DNA from: a virus
Taxonomy: Duplodnaviria > Heunggongvirae > Uroviricota > Caudoviricetes
Length of the DNA: 64,000 nt
Virus record (IMG/VR): IMGVR_UViG_3300044712_000123
Reading direction: 5' to 3' (one strand)
Position numbers and translations under genes: made by a program. The notes under the pieces are model-generated. The model saw nothing but the letters and a program-made list of their open reading frames with translations, made no database searches and had not been told where the DNA came from. Shown here one piece after another: positions 15,983 to 22,197 of this stretch. How positions within the stretch are numbered: position 1 is the stretch's first letter; each line of letters opens with the position of its first letter.

Positions 15983-16066
15983 TTGACAATAAATACATGG
16001 TGTGATACAATCATAGCATGAGTTGAGAAAGTCATCGAACTTCTTGACAACGATCTTTAAAAATTT
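15983..16066 (+). promoter_or_regulatory. sigma70 promoter, repeat copy 3, with hairpin and boxA-like sequence
   Basis: TTGACA-17-TACAAT; GTCA..TGAC; CGATCTTTAAAAATTT. Confidence 0.65.
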
Positions 16067-16388
16067 ATAGAATATGATGTCCTCGCAAGACAACACAACG
16101 CACGATAACGCTGCCGAGTGATAACAGTCCGTAATCTTGTGAAAGAACACGTAGCGAGGAATCATATAAAAACGCATATTAGTTTGAACGTCCAGCTAAG
16201 TTACGCAATCGGCAGTTTTTAACAAGTCCGAGAGAGGCGGTGAATTGCAGGTTAGTATTGCTTTTATGTGTTTCTATATGATAGAGAGTCAATGTTAAAA
16301 GTGGGTACTAAGAATATTCGCCAGTCAGTTGCAAATGCTGTTCAGCCTAGATGGACTGTAATAAAAACATAGACTCGTCATTATTTTT

Positions 16389-16470
16389 GATACACTAGTT
16401 GACCGAGCGTAAAACTCGTGCAAAACTAATATGAATTCTGGGTTCAAATCCCGGGGTCGGCTAGGGTGTC
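16389..16470 (+). ncRNA. Stem-bounded RNA with an isolated T-arm
   Basis: GATACACTAGTTGACC / GGTCGGCTAGGGTGTC; CTGGG ttcaaat CCCGG. Confidence 0.45.
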
Positions 16471-16499
16471 GTTTTGAATAAAAACAAAAACAAATTCAT

Positions 16500-16575
16500 G
16501 CTCCGTTCGTCTATCGGTTTAGGACACCAGCCTTTCACGTTGGTAAGATGGGTTCGATTCCCATACGGAGTACCA
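16500..16575 (+). tRNA. tRNA-Glu(TTC)
   Basis: CCAGC ctTTCac GTTGG, CCA. Confidence 0.92.
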
Positions 16576-16582
16576 AGTTTAT

Positions 16583-16719
16583 GCGGTTAGTCTAGGGACA
16601 ACTCTGTGCCCGTATGTGAGTAGGAAGTAATTATCCGAGGGGCATACGGCGGTGGGAAGTGATATCACCCATTGTAAAATGACAAGACTAGTTGAGTTCG
16701 AATCTCAATGGCTGCACCA
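16583..16719 (+). ncRNA. 137-nt tRNA-like RNA: acceptor + T-arm + CCA around a non-tRNA core
   Basis: GCGGTTA/TGGCTGC-A-CCA; TTGAG ttcgaat CTCAA; CCGTATG/CATACGG hairpin. Confidence 0.6.
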
Positions 16720-16726
16720 AGATATT

Positions 16727-16803
16727 GCCCTTGTGATGGAATTGGTATACGTGCTTGACTCAAAATCAAGATTTTGCGGGTTCGAGTCCCGCTGGGGGCA
16801 CCA
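16727..16803 (+). tRNA. tRNA-Leu(CAA), short variable loop
   Basis: CTTGA ctCAAaa TCAAG, CCA. Confidence 0.88.
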
Positions 16804-16880
16804 AGTTTTGAAAGTTCGAAGAAACGCTATAAGGAAGTTACAGGTAGAACCTATCCTTGGTAAGTAACGAATTTTCTAAT

Positions 16881-16965
16881 GGAGATGAAGCATCAATGGT
16901 GATGCAGTGGACTGTAAATCCGCCGCTTTATAGCACGACTGGTTCGATCCCAGTAATCTCCACCA
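16881..16965 (+). tRNA. tRNA-Tyr(GTA)
   Basis: GTGGA ctGTAaa TCCGC, variable arm, CCA. Confidence 0.9.
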
Positions 16966-17079
16966 AGATCAACAATGAAGGATGTTTAAGACGGCTTGTA
17001 AACTTCATTGGATTCAGGAACAGATTGCCGTTAATTACTGAATCAAATTTATACTAAGACATTGTTTAGTAGTATGAGT

Positions 17080-17275
17080 AGATGGAAACCGACCCGGGAG
17101 AGACTTCCCGGGCTTCAATCAAGTGTGCATTGGTAGTTCAAGCAGATGCGATTGACGAACGATAAGCAAAGTCGGTCCAGTAGGGGTATGAAAAACATTG
17201 TCAGCGGGGACGCTGTTACCAGTCAGAAGTTAAAACTAGCGTAGGCTAGGGATAACGCCGTGTAATCTGGATCAA
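17080..17275 (+). ncRNA. Structured non-coding segment of unknown type
   Basis: ACCGAC/GTCGGT, CCCGGGA/TCCCGGG, CAGC gggga CGCTG hairpins; no credible ORF. Confidence 0.35.
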
Positions 17276-17280
17276 ATTTC

Positions 17281-17357
17281 GCTTCGTTAGCTCAGTTGGT
17301 TAGATCGCCACACTGTCACTGTGGAGGCCAGGGGTTCGAGTCCCCTACGAGGCGCCA
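17281..17357 (+). tRNA. tRNA-Asp(GTC)
   Basis: CCACA ctGTCac TGTGG, CCA. Confidence 0.9.
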
Positions 17358-17408
17358 AACACGCATTATCATGTGAGTGTCACATGATATGTAAGTCTAA
17401 TCTAATAT

Positions 17409-17483
17409 GGTCGGGTGGCAGAGCGATTATGCGGCGGATTGCAAATCCGTCTTAGGTAGGTTTGACTCCTATCTCGACCTCCA
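17409..17483 (+). tRNA. tRNA-Cys(GCA)
   Basis: GCGGA ttGCAaa TCCGT, U73, CCA. Confidence 0.88.
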
Positions 17484-17567
17484 AGGCAAATAGATATCTT
17501 GTTTTGATGCATGGTATCTCAACGGTTGTAAGTGACGATGGGTGCTATCGGAACTTACGCAAATTTT

Positions 17568-17639
17568 GAAGTGAGTAGATGCTAGTTCGATTCTAGCCCT
17601 GCGTAAGAGTAGCATAATTTGGCAATGCAACTTACTTCA
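17568..17639 (+). ncRNA. YrlA-like permuted tRNA mimic (stem, T-arm, short capped acceptor, D-arm, stem)
   Basis: GAAGTGAGT/ACTTACTTC; GCTAG ttcgatt CTAGC; GCAT aatttggca ATGC. Confidence 0.55.
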
Positions 17640-17649
17640 TCACGATTAT

Positions 17650-17737
17650 GGAGCATTGGCCGACCGGTTAAGGCAACAGATTGCTAATCTGTCATTCAGC
17701 AATGGGTGAGTAGGTTCGATTCCTACATGCTCCGCCA
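17650..17737 (+). tRNA. tRNA-Ser(GCT)
   Basis: ACAGA ttGCTaa TCTGT, long arm, CCA. Confidence 0.92.
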
Positions 17738-17886
17738 AAAACAGTCAAACATTCACTCTGACTTTAAACGTGTGATAATTTAAAAAGGAAAAATTGACAT
17801 GAAACGTTCAGGTAAACGATAGTGTCAACTACTGACCCCCATGTATGGTCGTAGTTGGCACGTAAAAGACAATCTAATACGTACAA

Positions 17887-17961
17887 CCCAGGGAAACTTT
17901 GATGGTGAAGTCCGGCCTCTTAAGCCGAGAGAACTGAGTTCGAATCTCAGCACTGGGACCA
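17887..17961 (+). tRNA. tRNA-Lys(CTT)
   Basis: CGGC ctCTTaa GCCG, CCA; atypical D-arm. Confidence 0.8.
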
Positions 17962-17966
17962 TATAT

Positions 17967-18041
17967 GGGGGTATAATTCAACGGCTAGAATATCCGGCTT
18001 TTAACCGGTCTATCAGAGTTCGATTCTCTGTGCCCCTACCA
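17967..18041 (+). tRNA. tRNA-Lys(TTT)
   Basis: CCGG ctTTTaa CCGG, CCA. Confidence 0.9.
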
Positions 18042-18167
18042 TATATATAAACATTTTTGACGGCCAGACCTCGCAATTGAAGCGAGTAATCTCGTCGGTG
18101 ACCTGGCAGTTGCGAAAGGTTCTTTGTGCCAGCATTGAACTGAAATCGAAAATGTTTTTATATATGG
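18039..18167 (+). ncRNA. Stem-bounded cassette
   Basis: CCATATATATAAACATTTTTGA / TCGAAAATGTTTTTATATATGG near-perfect inverted repeat. Confidence 0.45.
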
Positions 18168-18182
18168 TATAAATAATTTTAT

Positions 18183-18272
18183 GGAAACGTGGTCGAGTGG
18201 TCTATGGCTCCGGTCTTGAAAACCGGCGGACGTGAAAGCGTCCCGTGAGTTCGAATCTCACCGTTTCCGCCA
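18183..18272 (+). tRNA. tRNA-Ser(TGA)
   Basis: CCGGT ctTGAaa ACCGG, long arm, CCA. Confidence 0.93.
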
Positions 18273-18279
18273 ACAACAT

Positions 18280-18353
18280 ATCTCTTTGGTGTAATGGCAG
18301 CACTGCGGTCTCCAAAACCGTAAGTGGGGGTTCGAGTCCCTCAGGGGATGCCA
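18280..18353 (+). tRNA. tRNA-Trp(CCA)
   Basis: GCGGT ctCCAaa ACCGT, CCA end. Confidence 0.9.
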
Positions 18354-18360
18354 ATTTTTA

Positions 18361-18452
18361 GCCTCTATAGTTTAACGGTAAAACGGCGGATTTATATCCC
18401 GTAAGCAACAGATAATTGGTTCATCTGGGTTCGATTCCCGGTGGAGGCACCA
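18361..18452 (+). tRNA. tRNA-Ile(TAT) with long extra region
   Basis: GCGG-a ttTATat c-CCGT; about 22-nt variable region; CCA. Confidence 0.7.
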
Positions 18453-18459
18453 GAACGTT

Positions 18460-18537
18460 GCGCCCTTAGCTCATGCTGGTTAGAGCAGTGGACTCATAAT
18501 CCATTGGTGCTGTGTTCGACTCACAGAGGGCGCACCA
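18460..18537 (+). tRNA. tRNA(CAT): Ile2 or elongator Met
   Basis: GTGGA ctCATaa TCCAT, G1-C72, CCA. Confidence 0.88.
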
Positions 18538-18540
18538 TAA

Positions 18541-18683
18541 ATTAGTGTACTCAAAATTAATTTAGAGTATAATTTGCCAGACTCCGGTCTATCTATTGGT
18601 GCACACATTAGATGGGCTATGATACTATTTTAATTATAGAATCAATAGTATCTCTTTACAGTCTGCCAGCCGAGTACACTAAT
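18541..18683 (+). ncRNA. Stem-bounded cassette
   Basis: ATTAGTGTACTC/GAGTACACTAAT perfect 12-bp inverted repeat; inner CAGACT/AGTCTG and GATACTATT/AATAGTATC. Confidence 0.45.
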
Positions 18684-18692
18684 TTATGGTAG

Positions 18693-18806
18693 TTACAATG
18701 AATGTATGAAAGACAACGCAGATTCCATGTCAGTGAAAAATTTCAAGACTGTGGACACTGTGTACATATCATGCACGAGGATGTAACATGTATTGTCGTT
18801 AGACAT
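18693..18806 (-). CDS. Possible small hypothetical protein (37 aa)
   Basis: MSNDNTCYILVHDMY.. open frame. Confidence 0.3.
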   Translation of the reverse strand: MSNDNTCYILVHDMYTVSTVLKFFTDMESALSFIHSL

Positions 18807-18878
18807 TGACAGATGGATGTGTAATCCACTTTTAGTGATTGCGTCATATGTGTGCATCAAGTATTTATAAATATTCAC

Positions 18879-19673
18879 ATGAGTAAAATTCTGATTACAA
18901 GTGGATGTAGTTTTAGCGTTAATAACCTTAGAATTCCGGCAACATGGTCTACACACCTCGGTAATACGTTGTATCAATTAGATTATCATGCACACCGTAA
19001 CTCTGCTAGATCAAGTCAGGGTAATGGCTTGATAAGCAGAAGTACGATGTATAATGTTATTAGCGCATTGGAAACATACAAGCCCGAAGATATCTTAGTG
19101 GGTGTCATGTGGTCAGGAGCAAGTCGCCATGATTATAGATGCACTGATAGTAAAGACCTGCAGTTTGTTCAAGCTAATATAAACAACGGTTGGATTAAGA
19201 ATCCAAATCAGTTTGTTAAAAATGCTCCTGACAATTGGGTCATGCTTACGGCAGCTTGGGCTGATGGTAGCTACGGTTCCGTAGTCAAAGAAGCTGAACT
19301 GTACTACAGACATTTTTACGATGAGATTGGTAGCTCAATTCAATCAATTGAGCATATACTGCGTTTGCAACTGTTTTTAGAATCAAAGAAAATTCCATAC
19401 TTCTTTACTAACTACAGCGATCAAAACATAGTAAGAGACTATCTAAAGGAAAATATCGAGATAAAATATTTGTACGATCAAATAGATTTTTCAAAGTATC
19501 TTCCAGTTAGTAGTGAATTTAGATGGTGTTACGATAACTCTAAGTTCACACATTTGTGGCCAGAGAATTGGAGAGATCAGATATCTCTTCATCCAAAACC
19601 AGAAATGCACAAAGAATTTGTTGACCAAGTTATAATGCCTTGGTTACAAGAAAAATACGCGGGGTTGGTATAG
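18879..19673 (+). CDS. Hypothetical protein, SGNH-like
   Basis: LITSGCSFS..SQGNGLI..GVMWSG..SLHP; TATAAATA at 18866; stop inside tRNA-Gly. Confidence 0.7.
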   Translation: MSKILITSGCSFSVNNLRIPATWSTHLGNTLYQLDYHAHRNSARSSQGNGLISRSTMYNVISALETYKPEDILVGVMWSGASRHDYRCTDSKDLQFVQANINNGWIKNPNQFVKNAPDNWVMLTAAWADGSYGSVVKEAELYYRHFYDEIGSSIQSIEHILRLQLFLESKKIPYFFTNYSDQNIVRDYLKENIEIKYLYDQIDFSKYLPVSSEFRWCYDNSKFTHLWPENWRDQISLHPKPEMHKEFVDQVIMPWLQEKYAGLV

Positions 19674-19732
19674 TGGCTGTGCTCTAGCCTTCCAAGCTAG
19701 TAAGACGAGTTCGATCCTCGTACCCCGCTCCA
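19659..19732 (+). tRNA. tRNA-Gly(TCC)
   Basis: CTAGC ctTCCaa GCTAG, CCA. Confidence 0.9.
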
Positions 19733-19737
19733 CTTTT

Positions 19738-19847
19738 AGGATGTTTACAGCAAACAATCGTTTAAGGTTCAACTCCTTATTTTGCCACCAAACGCTCGAA
19801 AGGGCATCGGCAGAGTCGCGCAATGGGCGCAATCTACACATCCTGTT
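19738..19847 (+). ncRNA. CAGCAA-module RNA carrying a permuted tRNA with internal ACCA
   Basis: AGGATGT-TTACAGCAA..TAAGG ttcaact CCTTA-TTTTGCC-ACCA..GGCAGAG-TC-GCGC aatgg GCGC..ACATCCT-GTT. Confidence 0.7.
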
Positions 19848-19880
19848 ATATTTTGGTCAACGACTTGAAAATAGTTGTTG

Positions 19881-19950
19881 ACAATAAATCAAAGAACTGA
19901 TACAATACATGTATTGACACTGAGAAATCGGTGATGTTCTTTAAAAATTT
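19881..19950 (+). promoter_or_regulatory. sigma70 promoter + boxB-like hairpin + boxA-like sequence
   Basis: TTGACA-17-TACAAT; CACTGA gaaa TCGGTG; TGTTCTTTAAAAATTT. Confidence 0.65.
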
Positions 19951-19963
19951 AAGCTAAGAATTT

Positions 19964-20085
19964 TCTTAGCATTGTTGAGTATACTAACTTACAGCACAGC
20001 CGAATCTGTGTGTAACTCCTAGTCGTAACTTATTGTGAGAAATAAGGGAGTGTATGTCTCACTAGTGTATTCAACAATGTTAAGA
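19964..20085 (+). ncRNA. Stem-bounded cassette
   Basis: TCTTAGCATTGTTGAGTATACT / AGTGTATTCAACAATGTTAAGA. Confidence 0.5.
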
Positions 20086-20098
20086 TTTTAAAAGATAT

Positions 20099-20963
20099 GG
20101 GGGCTTAGCCTCATTAGAATAAGCATAGTGATATGCCCAAAGCGGTCGTCTCCTACAGACCCGCGCTAGAAATAGTTCATCTAAGCAAGCCTGCTTACAC
20201 CCGTGAGGGTGCGATCACTGATAAGACCGGTGGTTGTAACTGTAAAGCAAGTGTGTTGGAAAGAATGTCTGTTTATGTTCCCGTGAGGGTAAGACAGGCG
20301 GACAGAGAGTAACAGGTGGTGCTGACCTCAACACAAAACCAACTTGTCAACAGGTATAAGAAAAGGTAGTGTATTGATTCGAGGGGTTGCACCCAAGAGT
20401 TCGTATGCAGTTTGAGTGGTTAGTGGATATGTATGGTAACAGGCATATACACCGATCGTGAAAGACGACTGAGTAGTTCGCAAGACAAAAGGTACGTGGC
20501 GTGTTGTATTTTGTAGTCCAAAAGATTATGAAGCAACTGAGACAGCACATCACAGTAGGTTGTTATAGATCATTGGTAGATCAATTCTCTGTTAAAGAAT
20601 AGGCAGCAGGTTCAATTCCCGCTAACAAATAAAAAAGCAAAGTCTGTCTCGGTTGTATGTGAAAAGCATCTAATACTGGAGCCGCAAGGTAATTCAGTCA
20701 GACGTAACTCGCAAGGTGAAATCTGTTTATGCAGGAAGTTTCGTAAGTTGTTAGCGCAACTGAATGGCTCGCAAGGTCAGCGGAGTAGAAAGCGTAGAAT
20801 AGCATACAATGTCAAGTCTAATGCCTGACTTAAAACGGCGATGTTGGTAACAGACTAGGATACTCAGCAATGAGGCTTAGTGGAAATCAGAAGAAAGCAG
20901 TCTCGCAAGGATTGTAATAATGTCTGAGGTGTTACTCGGTAAGGATGTATTCTCAGTCCTCCA
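20099..20963 (+). ncRNA. GOLLD-like giant structured RNA (about 865 nt)
   Basis: ORF-free; many GNRA hairpins; GGGGGCT/AGTCCTCC end pairing; ACTGAGACAG/CTGTCTCGGT long-range pairing; located in a tRNA cluster and carrying an internal tRNA. Confidence 0.65.
20559..20629 (+). tRNA. tRNA-Asn(GTT)-like domain embedded in the giant RNA; no CCA
   Basis: GATC attggta GATC; ATTCT ctGTTaa AGAAT; GCAGG ttcaatt CCCGC; TTGTTA/TAACAA. Confidence 0.7.
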
Positions 20964-21036
20964 CTATTCTAAAGCACATTAAAGTAGCGACTATTGCTGG
21001 AGGCGGTAGCACGTAATTAGTGTGTTTCAGAATAGT
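20963..21036 (+). repeat. Stem-bounded element, copy 2 of the ATTCTAAA..TGTGTTTCAGAAT family
   Basis: ACTATTCTAAAGCACATT / AGTGTGTTTCAGAATAGT. Confidence 0.6.
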
Positions 21037-21268
21037 AAATTACTGGCTCCAAAGGCAAAGTGATACTATACGGTGTGTTCAGCATCGTGAGAGCAAAAGT
21101 TAGATACAAGATTGCAAAGCGAAGTTAATTAACGCAGTTCGGTCGCTACAGAATATCGGGTTACTCCCGACGGTGGGACTGTATTATTAACCAGCAAAGA
21201 ACGATTGGATAGGATTTGATCACCTTGAATGTCGTAAGCATCAAGTTGAAACGCTAACAACTGGACAC

Positions 21269-21335
21269 CATTCTAAAACACATTTCGAGTCCATGTCTCT
21301 TCCGTAATTAAGGAAGGATAGTGTGTTTCAGTATG
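21269..21335 (+). repeat. Stem-bounded element, copy 3 of the same family
   Basis: CATTCTAAAACACATT / AGTGTGTTTCAGTATG. Confidence 0.6.
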
Positions 21336-21418
21336 AGTAATTACATGAACAACTCAGATCACTCGCTTATCCCATAGATAAGAAAGAGGGTCGTAGTTAC
21401 TCGTATAAATAGTTTTAT

Positions 21419-21495
21419 GCACCGGTGATGGAATTGGTATACGTGTTGGTCTTAGAAGCCAAATTTTGTGGGTTCGAGTCCCACCCGGTGCACCA
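21419..21495 (+). tRNA. tRNA-Leu(TAG), short variable loop
   Basis: TTGGT ctTAGaa GCCAA, CCA. Confidence 0.9.
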
Positions 21496-21660
21496 TACTA
21501 TAGTATACTCTTGTCATATTGGGGGACATAGCTTGCCCGTATAGTTAGGGGAATCCGTTCGCTCTAACGAGTGCTATATCTCAGATGTTCGAAAGTCTGG
21601 TTTAAGGTATACTACGAAGTTACAGTGCTTGACACGCATTGGGAGTGTATTATAGTATGG
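21493..21660 (+). ncRNA. Stem-bounded cassette
   Basis: CCATACTATAGTATACTCT / GGAGTGTATTATAGTATGG. Confidence 0.45.
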
Positions 21661-21667
21661 TAAATTT

Positions 21668-21751
21668 GCGACTGTGGTGTAATTGGTAGCCACAGCAGAC
21701 TTAAAATCTGCCGCCTAGTGCGTACCGGTTCGAGTCCGGTCAGTCGCACCA
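21668..21751 (+). tRNA. tRNA-Leu(TAA)
   Basis: GCAGA ctTAAaa TCTGC, variable arm, CCA. Confidence 0.93.
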
Positions 21752-21808
21752 AAGAACTCTCCCTTACATACGGAGTACAATGAGACAAGTAGTATGTAAC
21801 GAATAATT

Positions 21809-21884
21809 GGGGGTGTAGCTCAACTGGGAGAGCGTCTGATTTGCATTCAGAAGGTCGCGGGTTCGATCCCTGTCACCTCCACCA
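21809..21884 (+). tRNA. tRNA-Ala(TGC)
   Basis: TCTGA ttTGCat TCAGA, G3.U70, CCA. Confidence 0.93.
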
Positions 21885-21894
21885 AGTATCATGT

Positions 21895-21968
21895 TGCGGG
21901 CGAGTGTGATGGTAGCACGTTGGGCTCATAACCCAGAGGGCCGGTTCGATTCCGAGGCTACGCAACCA
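21895..21968 (+). tRNA. tRNA-fMet(CAT)-like, irregular acceptor
   Basis: TTGGG ctCATaa CCCAG (3 G-C pairs), CCA. Confidence 0.7.
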
Positions 21969-21975
21969 AATTTAT

Positions 21976-22049
21976 AGCGGGTAGGGCGGTCACCACTTCA
22001 GTCTCATAAGCTCGGAGCATCGGCAGTTCGAATCTGTCACCCGCATCCA
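21976..22049 (+). tRNA. Degenerate tRNA-Met(CAT)-like
   Basis: ctCATaa loop, A1:A72 mismatch, weak D and anticodon stems, T-arm and CCA intact. Confidence 0.5.
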
Positions 22050-22060
22050 AATTGACCTTT

Positions 22061-22179
22061 AGGTTCATTTCAGCAATCAAAATAATCTTTCTGTAAAAAA
22101 GAGGGACTGGGTTCGAATCCCAGCAGTGAGTTGGTCTTCACTGTGGTGTAATGGTAGCACGAAAAAAGTTGAACCTGTT
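22061..22179 (+). ncRNA. CAGCAA-module RNA carrying a complete circularly permuted tRNA-Tyr(GTA)
   Basis: AGGTTCA-TTTCAGCAA..TCTTT ctGTAaa AAAGA..CTGGG ttcgaat CCCAG-CAGTGAG/TTCACTG-TG-GTGT aatggt AGCAC..TGAACCT-GTT. Confidence 0.8.
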
Positions 22180-22197
22180 AACGCAAATAAATACAGC

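Noticed and set aside
8066-18050. ORF-track entries overlapping tRNAs (8066, 8081, 8412, 11723, 11980, 13226, 16652, 16857, 17841; 5' parts of 12520, 14214, 22126)
   Set aside because: Chance frames across RNA genes; real starts placed downstream where supported.
20860-20877. TCAGCAA in the giant RNA and at 17694 in tRNA-Ser
   Set aside because: Both are GCAA tetraloop hairpins with no module stem.
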